Part shown: positions 40,301-53,553 of the stretch, one piece after another
How the letters are laid out: each line of letters starts with the position of its first letter
Position numbering within the stretch: the first letter of the stretch is position 1
Assembly: GCA_025201805.1 (NCBI GenBank)
Contig: MU619266.1
Location: forward strand, 1 to 64,000
Direction of reading: 5' to 3'
DNA: 64,000 nt
DNA from: Parasitella parasitica NRRL 2501
Lineage: Eukaryota; Fungi; Mucoromycota
Position numbers and translations under genes: made by a program
The notes under the pieces: model-generated
The model's input: only the letters and a program-made list of their open reading frames with translations
The model's database searches: none
What the model was told of the DNA's origin: nothing

Positions 40301-43300
40301 TGGTTCGGTCAAAAGAAGTCTGGCGAAGCTGTCGACCTTCAAGATATGACTTACTCTGAAGTAGTCTATCGCTTGATCACATTACTCTATGTCAAGCACG
40401 AAGGTCGCTGGATCGATTCTACTCTCCGTGATTTGGTTGGCGATTTCTTGCGCCGTGTCGAAGAACGTTTCACCAATAAGGCTGGTCCTTCTGTGCTTCA
40501 AAGCTACACTCAACTGCAAACTCCTTTGCCTTTTGCTGAAGAGTTTTTGGCTCAATATCCTGAGGCTGAGAGCCAACTTTTGACCTCTGAGGATGTGCTT
40601 CACTTTATTGCTCTCTGCAAACGTCCTACTCAAAAGCCTGTTCCATTCATCCCTGTCATGGATAGAGACTTTGACATTTGGTTCAAGAAGGATTCTCTCT
40701 GGCAATCCGAAGACCTGGGTGCTGTTGTCGATCAAGATGTTCAACGTACTTGTATTCTTCACGGCCCTGTTGCTGCCAAACACTCAACTCGTGCCGATCA
40801 GCCTGTTGGAGAAATCCTCGGCGACATTTACAACAGCCATATTGAGAGTTTGAAGGAGCGCTACTATAAGGAAACTTCCATCCCCAAGATTGAATATCTT
40901 GGTGGTGTTGCCATTACAAAGACTGTTGTCAAGGAAGCTGCCACTTCTGCCACCGAGCACGTTTTCGAAATTGGCTCCAACAATGTCCCTTCAGAGAACG
41001 ACTGGCTCCAAGCCGTTTCTGGACCCAAGTACAATTGGCTTCGTGCCCTTTTGACCTCTCCCTTCATAGTTCAGGGCAAACGTTTCGCCGATAACCCTGC
41101 CAAGCGTATCTTCCGTCCTCGTGCCGGCCAAAAGGTAACAGTTTCGACTGATGCTAATGGTGAAATCACTGCCGTCAAGGCTGAAGATAAGCGCCCTTGG
41201 AGTGCCACTGCTAAAACCAATGAATTTGTGCCTTCTGTTGAAGCTTCTTTCTCTGGCAAGATGATTGATGTCAAGCTGTATGAAAAGAGAGAGGGTGATA
41301 TGATTCCTTTGTCGTTGCAATTTGAATACAAGCCTGAGCTTGGCTATGCTCCTGTACACGAAGTCATGGAAGGCCGTAATGATCGTATCAAGGACTTTTA
41401 CTACAAACTTTGGTTTGGCATCAACAATACTGATGACTTCTTGAACATCCCTGTCCACGAGAAGCTTGTTGGTAAGGGTGAAACCGTAAAGTCTGAAGAG
41501 ATCAAGGAGTTCTGTCAAGCTGTCGGTAACCAAGCTGAAGTCTTTGTTGATCGTGGTCAAAAGATTGTCTACGCTCCTATGGATTTTGCTATCGTCGTTG
41601 GTTGGAAGGCCATTATGAAGGCTATTTTCCCCAAGGTCATTGATGGCGATCTACTAAGACTTGTTCATTTGGGCAACGGCTATCGTCTCTTGGATGGTTC
41701 TGAACTCTTAAAGGTTGGCGATGTTGTTGATACCTTTGCTCATATCAATGCTATTATCAATACCGATTCTGGCAAGATGATCGAGGTCAAGGGTACCATC
41801 GTACGTGAAGGAAAGCCCGTTCTCGAAGTCACCAGCCAGTTCCTTTACCGTGGTGATTTTAAGGATTATGAGCATACTTTCGAGCGCAAAATGGAGACCC
41901 CCATGGAATTCAAGATCAAGGATATCAAGGACATTGCTGTCCTCAAATCCAAGGAATGGATGCAATGGACTGATGCCTTGGATACACACGAAGTTGCTCC
42001 TGGCTCCTCTTTGATTTTCCGTTTGAGCACTGAGCTCAAGTACAAGAACAAGAGAGTCTTTGCTAGTGTTAGGACCACTGGTATCGCTACCATGCAAGTC
42101 TCTACCAAGGAGTTTGTAGAAATTGCCAAGGTTGAGTACGAGTCCGGCGAAAGCCACGGTAACCCTGTCATAGAGTACCTGAAGCGCAATGCTCAAGAGA
42201 TTGAACAAGCACATTTCTTTGAAAACGGCGGTTATTCTGTCATGCCTAGCCAGTCTACCTACTCTTCTGTTGTACACGCTCCTGCCTCTAACGAGCCTTA
42301 CGCCAATGTTTCTGGTGATTTCAACCCTATCCATGTTAACCCATACTTTGCTGATTTGGCTCTCTTACCTGGCACCATCACTCATGGTATGTGGACCAGT
42401 GCGTCTACTCGTAAGTTTGTTGAGATCTTTGCCGCTGACAATGTCCCTCGCCGTGTTGTTGCTTACGACGTCAAGTTTGTTGGCATGGTCTTGCCTTCAG
42501 ACAGACTTGAAACCAAACTTTACCACACTGGTATGAAGAATGGCCGTAAGATCATCAAGGTGGAAACTGTGAATCAAAACAACGAAAAGGTTGTTGAAGG
42601 TACCGCTGAAGTTGAACAACCCGTCTCTGCTTACGTCTTTACCGGTCAAGGTTCGCAAGAGCAAGGAATGGGTATGGCTCTTTATGACAGCTCTCCTGTT
42701 GCCAAGGCTATCTGGGATCAAGCCGATAAGCATTTCATGGAAAATTATGGCTTCTCTATCATCGAGATTGTCCGTAGCAACCCGAAGGAAAAGGTTGTCC
42801 ATTTCGGTGGTCCTCGTGGTAATAAGATTCGTTCCAATTATATGAGCATGTCTTATGATGTCGTCGATGCTGACGGTACCACCAAGACTTTGCCCTTGTT
42901 CCCTACCATTCATGAACGCACTGCCTTCTACACTTTCCGTTCCCCCACTGGTCTTTTGTTTGCTACTCAATTCACTCAACCTGCTTTGACTTTGATGGAA
43001 AAGGCTGCTTTTGAAGATATGCGTTCTAAAGAATTGATACAGTCCAACTGTGCCTTTGCTGGTCACTCCCTTGGCGAGTATGCTGCTTTAGCTTCCGTTG
43101 GCGATGTTTTGCCTCTAGATTCTCTTGTTGATGTTGTCTTTTATCGTGGCATGACGATGCAATCCGCTGTCAAGCGTGACGAAGAAGGCCGCTCCAATTA
43201 TGGTATGGTTGCCGTAAACCCAGCTCGTGTTTCCAGAACCTTCAATGACACTGCTCTTCGTTATGTTGTTGATTCCATTGCCCGTCGTGGCGGTGATGTC

Positions 43301-46300
43301 TTGGAAATTGTCAACTTTAATGTGGAAAACTGGCAATACGTTGCTGCTGGTGCTCTTCAAAACCTTGATGCTCTTGCCAATGTGCTGAATTACATCAAGA
43401 CTGCCAACATTGACCTTCAAAAGCTGATGGAGACTATGTCTCTTGATGATGTCAAGCAACATTTGACTGAAATCATTGATGGTGCGTTTGAAAAGACCAA
43501 GTTGAAGCAAGCCAAGGGTCGTGTTGTCCTCGAAAGAGGCCATGCTACCGTCCCTCTTCCTGGTATTGATGTACCTTTCCACTCCTCTTTCTTGCTCAGT
43601 GGCGTTACTCCTTTCCGTACCTTTTTAGCCAAGAAGTTTAACCCCTCTGACATCAATGTCGCTCAATTGACTGCCAAGTATATCCCCAACTTGACTGCTC
43701 AACCTTTCAGCACTGACAAGAGCTACATCGAAGACGTTTATCGCTTGACATCTAGTCCTCGTTTGGCCAAGGTTCTCAAAAATTGGTCTGATGACAAGTA
43801 TGTCACTGCTGCTCAACTACAGCGTCTTGGATACATTCTTTTGATCGAACTTTTGGCTTACCAATTTGCTTCTCCTGTTCGTTGGATCGAAACCCAGGAT
43901 CAATTGTTCAAGACTTACCAAATTGAACGTCTTATTGAAGTTGGTCCTTCTCCTACTCTTAGCGGTATGGCCGTTCGTACCCTCAACCTGAAGTATCAAG
44001 CCTATGATAATGCTTTGAGTAACCGTCGTCAAAACCTATCTATTTCCAAGGATGCCAAGGAAATTTACTACGAGTTTGAAACTGCTGAAGAAGAGTCTGA
44101 GGCTCCTGCTGAATCTTCTACATCTGCTGCCACTGCCTCTGTTGCTGCTACAGCTGCTCCAGTTGCTGCCGTTGCTCCTGCCCCTGTTGCTTCAGCGGGC
44201 CCTGCTGCTGCCGTTAGCGATGTTCCTGTTACTGCTACTGAAATCATTCACGCTGTTATTGCTCAAAAATTGAAAAAGACAGTGGATGAAGTTCCCTTGG
44301 GTAAGGCTATCAAGGATTTGGTCGGCGGTAAATCTACCCTTCAAAATGAAATTCTTGGTGATTTACAAAAGGAATTTAATAATGCTGTTCCCGAGAAGTC
44401 TGAAGAAACGCCTTTGGATGAGCTTGGAAATGCCTTGAACAACAGTTTCCCTGGTACTCTTGGTAAGCATTCCAGCACACTGGTTGCAAAGATGGTTGGT
44501 GCCAAGATGCCTGGTGGCTTCACATTGAACAATGTCAAGACCTACCTTTCTACCTCGTACGGTTTAGGTCCTGGCCGTATTGAAGGCGCCCTTTTGATTG
44601 CTATCACTATGGAACCTGCTGCTCGTCTCGGTGCTGAACCTGAAGCTAAAACTTGGTTAGACACCGTTGCCCAAGCTTACGCCAAAAAGGCTGGTATTAC
44701 CTTGTCTGCTCCTGGTGCTGGAGGTGCTGCTGGAGGTGCTGCCGGTGGTAGCGCTGTTGCTGTCATCAACAGTGAAGAGTTTGATGCAATGAAGGCAAAA
44801 CAAGATGCTTTAATATACCAGCAACTCAACCTGTATGCCAAGTATCTCCAGAAGGATTTGCGTGAAGGCGCTAAAAAGTACGAACAAGAGAAGACCACTA
44901 CTGCCAAATTGCAAGCCGAGCTTGATTTGTGGTTGGCCGAACATGGCGATATTTATGCTGATGGCATCAAACCTTCCTTCACCCCTATGAAGGCCCGTAA
45001 GTATGACTCTTACTGGAATTGGTCTCGTCAAGATGCTTTGGAAATGTGGTATGACATTATCTTTGGTAAACTTGCTATAGTCGATCGTGAAGTTACTGCA
45101 AAGTGCTTGCGTATTATGAACCGTGCCTATCCTCAATTGATCGACTACATGCGTTATAATGTCGAGAACTGTGTTGGCGATAAGGGTGAGACCTACAGAC
45201 TTGCCAAGAAATTCGGTCAGGCTTTGATCGAAAACTGTGTTGAAGTTCTCGCTGAAAACCCTGTCTACAAGGATGTCGGTTTCCCCACTGGCCCCAAGAC
45301 TAATGTTGGCGAGAAGGGTGATATCAACTATGCTGAAGTACCTCGTCCCGGCTGCCGAAAGCTGTCTGATTATGTCAATGATATGACGGCTGGCTCCAAG
45401 GTCTCTGAATTCTCTAACCGCCTCAAGGTTCAACAAGACCTCGGTCGTATCTACAAGATTATTCGTAGCCAAAACAAGATGAAGAAGAGCACCAAAGTTG
45501 CTATTAAGGAACTCTACACAGATGTCTTGCGTTCCATGGCCATGTCTAATACCATCATTAGAGAGCAAAGACCTCGTCAACGCCGTACTTCCATTGTGAA
45601 CCGTCTTCCTGAACGTAATCGTGTTTCTGAAAAGTCTGCCAAGACTGAAACTATCCCCTTCTTGCATCTCAAGAAGAAGAATGTCAACGATCCTTCTGGT
45701 TGGGAATTCAGCAGCAAGTTGACTTCGACTTACCTTAATGTCCTGACCGAGATTGCTGAACAAGGCATCACTTTTGCTGACAAGTGTGTTCTTTTGACTG
45801 GTGCTGGTAAGGACTCTATTGGTTCTGAAGTCATGAAGGGTCTTATCTCTGGTGGCGCCAAGGTTGTTGTCACTACTTCTCGTTTCAGCCGTGAAGCAAC
45901 ACAATACTTCCAATCCATTTATGAAACTTACGGTTCTAGAGGCTCTGAGCTCGTTGTTGTTCCTTTCAATCAAGGTGCCAAACAAGATGTTGATGCACTA
46001 GTTGACTACATTTACGACCCCAAGGGTCTCAACTGGGACCTTGATTTCGTTGTTCCTTTTGCTGCTATCCCTGAGAATGGCCGTGAGATCGATTCCATTG
46101 ATTCCAAGTCTGAACTTGCTCATCGTATCATGTTGACTAACCTCCTTCGCATGTTGGGTAATGTCAAGACTCACAAGCAAAAGATTGGCTCAGATACTCG
46201 TCCTGCACAAGTCATTCTTCCCTTATCGCCTAACCATGGTACTTTTGGTGCTGATGGTCTGTACGGTGAGTCCAAGATCTCGTTGGAAACTCTCTTTAAC

Positions 46301-49300
46301 CGTTGGTACTCTGAGAGCTGGTCGAGCTACTTGCTCATTGCTGGTGCTGTTATTGGCTGGACTCGTGGTACTGGTTTGATGAGTGCCAACAACATGGTTG
46401 CTGAAGGCATCGAAGCGCTTGGCGTCAGGACTTTCTCAACTGTCGAAATGTCCTTCAATATCCTCGGTCTGATGCATCCTTCCATTGTTGAACTCTGCCA
46501 AAACGAACCTGTTTGGGCTGATCTCAACGGTGGTCTTCAATTTATCACTAATTTGAACGAAGTTAGCGCCAAACTGCGCAAGGAAATCCGTGAAACTGCT
46601 GAGGTTCGCAAGGCTATTGATGTTGAAAACGCCCTCGATTTCAAGATTGTCTTTGGCGAAGAAGCTGAGCGCAAGCATAAGCCTCATAACATCACTCCAC
46701 GTGCCAACATGAAGTTTGATTTCCCTACTCTTAAACCTTACGATGCTCTCAAGCATTTGGGCCACTTGAAGGGCATGCTTGATCTCGAGCAAGTTATCGT
46801 TGTTGCTGGTTTTGGCGAGGTTTCTCCTTGGGGCAACGCCAGAACTCGCTGGGAGATGGAGGCGTTTGGTGAGTTCTCTCTTGAAGGCTGTATTGAAATG
46901 GCTTGGATTATGGGCTTCATCAAGCATCATGATGGCAATTTGAAGAGTGGCAAGTTCTACTCTGGCTGGTTGGATGCCAAATCCAGCGAGCCTGTCGAAG
47001 AAAAAGATATCAAGGCCAAGTACGAGAAGCAAATACTGGAACACACTGGTATCCGTTTCATTGGTAAGTGTTGTAGCAAAATGAGCAAAAGAAAAGGCTG
47101 TTTAACCGTTTCAATCTAGATCCAACTGTTATGAACGGTTATAACCCTGAACAGAAAATGCTCATGCAAGAAATTGTCGTCGACCATGACCTTGAGCCAT
47201 TTGAATGCTCCAAGGAAGAAGCAGAGCATTTCAAGCACCAACAGGGCGACAAAGCCGATGTTTACGAGAATGCCAATGGCGACTGGTGCGTTGTCTTACG
47301 TAAGGGTGCTACTCTTTATGTTCCTAAGGCCCTCCGTTTCGATCGTCTTGTTGCTGGCCAGATCCCCACTGGCTGGGACGCTACTCGTTATGGCGTACCA
47401 AAGGACATTGTTGACCAAGTCGATCCTGTCACCGTATTCAACATTGTCTCCACTGTTGAAGCTTTTATCTCTGCCGGTATCACTGACCCTTACGAATTCT
47501 TCAAGTATGTCCATGTCTCTGAAATTGGTAACACTACAGGTTCTGGTGTTGGTGGCCAAATCTCTCAAAGAGGCCTCTTCCGTGATCGTCTCCTTGATAA
47601 ACCTGTTCAAAAGGATATCCTGCAAGAATCTTTTATCAATACCATGCCTGCTTGGATCAACATGTTGCTTCTCTCATCATCCGGTCCTATCAAGACCCCA
47701 GTTAACGCCTGTGCTACATCGGCTGTCTCTATCGAGCTGGCTTGCGAGTCTCTCTTGACTGGCAAGGCCAAGATCATGATTGCTGGTGCCACCGAAGACA
47801 TCACCGAGGAGTCTAGTTACGAATTCGCCAATATGAAGGCCACTTCTAATGCTGTTGAGGAACTAGCTCATGGCCGTACTCCTGGCGAGATGTCTCGTCC
47901 TGCTACTACTTCCAGAAATGGTTTTATGGAAGCTCATGGTGCTGGTAACCACATTCTTATGTCTGCAGCCACTGCTATTGAGATTGGTTCTCCTATTTAC
48001 GGTATTATCGCTCTTAGCAGCACTGCCACTGACAAAGAAGGTCGTTCTGTGCCCGCTCCTGGTGCTGGTATCCTGACTACTGCTCGTGAGAATATCAGCA
48101 AGAGACCTTCTCCTTTGTTGAACTTCAATTACCGTGCTAGACAAGTCAAGTCTCGCCGTGCTCAAATCAAGACCTGGGTTGAAAGCGAATATGACGTTTT
48201 ACGCGAAGAATTAGAGGATCTCAAGGCTTCTGGAGAGCTTGCCGCCGAAGATGAAAAGGCCTGGCTCGAAGAGCGTACCACCTTCATTCATAGTGAAGCT
48301 AAGCGTCAAGAAAAGGAATGTCTGAGCACTTATAACCACCATTTCTTCAAGAATGACTCCAGCATTGCTCCTCTTCGTGGTGCTCTTGCTGTCTATGGCT
48401 TGACTATTGACGATATCGGCGTTGCCTCTTTCCACGGTACTTCTACCAAGGCTAATGATAAGAATGAGTCTCGTGTCGTCAATTCCCAATTGAAGCATCT
48501 CGGTCGTTCTAAGGGCAATGCTCTTTTGGCTATTACTCAAAAGTACTTGACTGGCCACCCCAAGGGCCCTGCTGCTTCATGGATGGCTAACGGTATGATG
48601 CAATGTTTGCTCAGTGGCATTGTCCCTGGCAACCGCAATGCTGACAATGTGGATGTCATTATGAAAGACTTTGATTTCATTGTCTACCCGTCGCGTTCTA
48701 TTCAAACTGATGGTTTGAAGGCTGGTCTCCTCAAGTCCTTCGGTTTCGGTCAAGCAGGTGGCGAAGTTTTGATCATTCATCCTGAATATGTCTTTGGTGC
48801 TCTGGAAGAGAGCCAGTACAATGAATACGTGGCCAAGAATGCTCAACGTTATGCCAAGACGTATCGCTATCTCCATGATTCTATTACTGGTGTTGCAGAC
48901 TTTGTGCAAGTCAAGAATGAAGCTCCCTACTCTGATGAGCTCGAATTTGCTGTTTACTTGAACCCCAGTGCTCGTACTGAATATTCAAAGGAAAAGAAGA
49001 CATGGCACTTTACCAACAAATCTGCTAACCGAGCTGCCCCCACAGCTGGCGATGCCGAAGTTACCAAGAGTATTCTTGCTTCTCTCACTGAACAACAAGC
49101 TGGAAAACGCGGCGTTGGTGTCGATGTTGAGCTAACTAATGCCGTCAACATTGAGAACTCTACTTTTATCAAACGCAACTTTACTGCAGCCGAAATTGAA
49201 TACTGTCAAGCTCGTGCCGATCCCCAGGCCAGCTTCACAGGTCGTTGGTCTGCAAAGGAAGCCGTCTTCAAGGCAATCTCTTCTTACGGTAACATTCCCT

Positions 49301-49479
49301 CAGATGGCGCCGGTGCCCCTTTGAACGAAATTGAAATCAAAAGCAACGAGGTTGGTGCTCCTGAAGTTGTCTTGACTGGCAAGGCCAAGAATGCTGCTTC
49401 TGCCGCTGGCATCAAGAGTGTAAATGTTTCCATTAGTCATAGTGGCGCTTATAGTGTTGCTGTTGCATTAGCACAGTAA
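37395..49479 (+). CDS. FAS: Fungal type I fatty acid synthase, beta and alpha chains fused in one gene (AT-ER-DH-MPT-ACP-KR-KS-PPT), 5 coding exons, ~3,900 aa
   Basis: AT GHSQG; [12 protein letters not shown]; [17 protein letters not shown]; [11 protein letters not shown]; [17 protein letters not shown] in the same ORF; [11 protein letters not shown]; [11 protein letters not shown]; KS ACAT/FHGTST/GHPKG; PPT GVGVDVE…WSAKEAVFK. Probable 5'-UTR intron 37288-37359. Confidence 0.97.
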
Positions 49480-49619
49480 ATATTACTAATTTTCTATTTT
49501 CCCCCAAACCGAACCCCCCCCCCCTCCCTATTTTAAATGAATTTTGAATAAATTTGTATGATGTTGTAATTATCTGGATGTGTATTTTGATCCAGGTCAA
49601 CGTAATGAAATTCAATAGA

Positions 49620-50100
49620 CGGACTAATCTAACCTGGTTTTTTTTTTGGCATGTACAAAAACCAGTTAAAAGAAGGCCTTTCTGTTCACGCGCACCCAGT
49701 CAGCTCAGACGAATATTGCGAAATGGATGTCTCTTCCGGGTGATAGCAATACTGGATTTTGGCAACATGAAACTTGCTTCAAAATTCAGCGAACGGAACT
49801 CCATCAAGGGAATCAAAATCTAAGCCGTTGTCTATGTGAATCACCAACAGAACAAACTTCAATTCAAGCTTACATGAGAAAAAAGTGTGTGCTGGATGCT
49901 TTCCAAGAAGGGCTCCTGAAGGTCTCAATGAGAGCCATTAGACTCTTCGCACAGGTAAAAGATAAACAAATTTGTTACTGCTAATTTGAGCTCGATGCGA
50001 GTCCTTCGTATTGCAAGGCATCATTTATTGAGGTATGCTGGAAGATCTCCAATGGCTTGTGACAAAGAATCCCAAACTGAACAGCTGAATGCATATAAAA
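49620..50100 (+). mobile_element. Possible degraded non-LTR retrotransposon (zf-RVT-like C-terminal) remnant
   Basis: Broken reading frames with FW…KIQRTELHQGNQNLSRCLCESPTE, loosely like the zinc-binding C-terminus of L1-type ORF2. No RT motifs seen. Confidence 0.25.
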
Positions 50101-50633
50101 CAAACAATGATTCCATAAGGGCTACCTTCCTCAAATGACTGAAACAATCACAACTGCCACCAGACGTCTCAGAAATATGCACGGTTTACAGAAAGTTATT
50201 TTTGGATGATGATATCTGATGATAATACAAGTCTGATGGTTTATTTTTCCTGATTTTATTTGGTCCTGCGGCCTTAACATTGTCTATGGGCGTATCGCAA
50301 ATAGCAAAACTTTATGTGCAAGCGGAGCAATAGATCCTACAATGCTTATAGCTTTAAGGTCTTACTATTAACCAACTCATATCGTCAAAGATAAAAAGTC
50401 ATTCAACAAGTAAAGTACTGGTTATTATTTATCCAAAAAGACAATTGTCCTGTGTTGTACATTGAGCAGCTCTCGATTAGGGACTAGTTTTATTCACTAC
50501 TTGTTAATGGTTCTAAGGCTATCAACTAGAGATCTACAACAAGCTTTGTACCCTCATTATATAAGCATTAGAAGAAGAAAGACTATGAAACAAGGCTGAT
50601 TCTTTTATTGCACTTGAGAAAAATGGCAAGCTT

Positions 50634-53553
50634 TCAGCTTCGCCGAGCTTTACGTACAAGTTTTGCAAATGCTTTTTTCGTTATTTTGTGTGTAGTACCA
50701 ATTTTGAAATGATGGAAATAACCCTATGCAAATCATGTCATTAAGAAAATACATACTTTACACAGAATAAACCGTACATACCGTATTGTTTAAAAGCGCG
50801 AATGGCGTAGGGCGATACTCGGGATCAATTTGCAGCAAAGAATGCACCAAGTCGATGTAATCTTGCGAGATACCAGTTACTTGAAGAATAGGTGGACATC
50901 TAGTAGACAGTATTTGTCGAGCGTGCAAGATGCTTTTTCTATTTATTTCCCGTGGAGTGTAGCCACCTACTAATGGAATGCCTGCAACCAATTCAAACAT
51001 TAAAATGCCAAGAGACCACATATCAGATTTTTCGTCAAACATTTGGTCTAAATCAGCTACTTCAGGGGCAACATACTGTAAAGAGAGAGGGGTTAGGTGA
51101 GGTGCCATAAGCTTGAGTCTATCCTCTGTTTCTTACCATGAAGGTTCCTCGGAATTCATTCTCTTTGACGCCTACATTGCCCAGAAAACCAAAGTCAGTC
51201 AACTTGATACTACCATTGCGGTCTACGAGTACATTTCCCGGTTTGATATCAGCATGGAAGAACCCCTCACCGTGTAAATAAGCCAGGGCACTCATGAGCT
51301 ACACACATGGAATGGTAAGTAAATACGATTCATCAAAGTTTACTATGCACTTCTTACCTCGTTTGAAATATACCATGCAAATGCTTCATCAAAAGCACGT
51401 CCATACCGACGGTCGAGATTGTATTTCATAGTATCAAGACTAAATACCATTTTAGGCATGATGATTTGCACCGTTCCAGATTCAGGATTCAGCAGCACTT
51501 CATGCAATCGCATCAAATTGCAGTGATTCAGGTTTAAGCCTTTGATTTCGTTCATTATGTCTAGGGCATTCAATTCAGCATCCAAGAGCTCCATATCTCG
51601 CATAATTAGGATCTCCTTCATCACGAACTGACTGCGGGCTCTGTTGATGTATCTAATAGCTCTCACCGTGCCTGTCGCGCCACTACCAACTTCTTCATTG
51701 ACTTGAAACAAATACTTGATGTATCGCACTCCGAAACGACCTTGCAGATCCGCTCTTAGCCTATGACAAAAGCTGTCTATTGTCTTTTTGTATTGCAGTC
51801 GCCAGGATTCTGTATATGTGCATTTAGCTCCAGATCCCTCTTGTGCACGCTGATTTTGATCACTTTGGTCGCTACTAACAGGTGAATTGGCTGATAACAG
51901 TACTGGTGCTAGCATTTGAGCTATACGATGCTGGATTTGTTGCTGCTGCTCTTCTTCATCTTCTCTCTGATCTTGCTGTTGGGGATAATTTTGAGGAAAT
52001 TGCTGTTGTGGATAGTGATGACCTTGCAGTTGTACAAGTGGAATTTGAAGCCCCTGTTGGTGTTGTAGCTGAATGTTTTGATTTTGAGGGTTATGTTGGT
52101 GTTGGTGTTGTTGCTGAAAAAGTGGAATGTGGAAACCCTGTTGCTGTTGTAGTTGCACATTTTGATTTTGAGGATTTTGTTGGCGCAGGTACTGCTCTTG
52201 TCTTTGTAGTTGCTGAAGTTGGTATTGCTGATATTGTTGATGCTGATATTGTTGTTGATGCTGCTGATGCTGAAATGCATATCCCTCAAATAGTCTATCA
52301 TGACGCTGTTCATCGAAGTGCTGAAATTGCTGTTGTGGAAAATGCTGACTTTGCAGCTGAGTATCCAGAGGTTGAAGACCTTGTAAATGTTGTAGCTGAA
52401 TACCTTGCTGGTGCTGTTGTCGCAGGTTTTGTTCCTGTTGTGGGGGATATCCGTCGAATAGAATATCCTGAAATTGTTCACGAAAGAAGTGCTGCTGCTG
52501 TTGCTGTTGTTGAGGGCTGCCATAAACAAAAGTGTCTTGATTGAATTGGTTTACTGTGGGTGTATAAAAACAATTTGGTGCAGCTGGAGGCGGGTTAAAT
52601 AATAGTTGCGGTTGCTGTAGTGGCATTTGGAGGTAAGGTGGAGGTGAGCTTAGAGGTGGAGGTGAGATTTGCGGTGGAGATGTCCAGCCAGTGGTGATAG
52701 GAGTAGGTCCCCAATTAACATTTGTTATAAAGTTTGCCGAGTACAAACCAGGAGGTGTTGCTATGGTAGGTGGAAGATCAGCAGTGGCAGGGGCCATAGT
52801 ATCAGGAGGACTATCAATGGTGGCGACAGGAACAGCAGGAGTTGCAGGAGCCGGAGCAGTAAAAGTGACAGCAGGAGCAACAGGGACATCAGCATGACGA
52901 GTGACACGACTTGGTGGATCAAGTAACAATATGGACTGTCCCTCCATATATCTGTAACTCCAGACTCGAGGCATACCAGGTGAAATATTTGCAGGAGTAC
53001 CACTTGAACTTTGTTCATTCAAGTCAGAAGCACGATCAGCAGAACCAGAATTTCCGGCGGCCATATTCAGGAATTCCATAATTTCTCTTTTATCAAATGC
53101 AACATTCACAGCTTGATGATCCATTTCATAATAAAGGCGTTCACAGTGATGTTGCATAGGAAATGAGTGTCGAATGCGGTTGCAAGGTGTAGAAGGTAGC
53201 GCAATTGAAACATTTGTTGCTGGTGCTGATTCATCTACCACAATAGCATGTCCAGATTGGCTGATGTTGACGAACTGCTCAATAGCTGACTGCTCCATAA
53301 TCTTTTCCCAAATAGTCTTGTCTAGCTTATCAGCCATCCAGTGCGAGCTAGAAAGTTTCTTTTGCTGTAACTTGATCCATTGTTGCATTGGCGTAGTCAG
53401 TGTCGAAAATGGTTTGTTTCTATGGTAATTAATGCCAAATCCGAATCCCAAACCGCTCAAGTTGAGCTTGGTTATTATGTTTGGTTCAGTTCTGACAGCG
53501 GTATTTGGTAACTGAGCACTGTTACCGAAAAGAATAGTTCGCAAGGAATTCAT
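50634..53553 (-). CDS. Ser/Thr protein kinase (non-RD, HAD catalytic loop) with long P/Q-rich N-terminus; about 4 exons, last exon frame uncertain
   Basis: [15 protein letters not shown], spliced [38 protein letters not shown]|[24 protein letters not shown]. Confidence 0.85.

Noticed and set aside
37281-49178. Many long antisense ORFs (up to 391 aa) opposite FAS
   Set aside because: Expected shadow of strong codon bias in a highly expressed gene; no protein motifs.
51882-52544. 220-aa V/A-rich plus-strand ORF and a 202-aa N/S-rich alternate-frame ORF
   Set aside because: By-products of CAA/CAG repeats in the kinase Q-rich exon.
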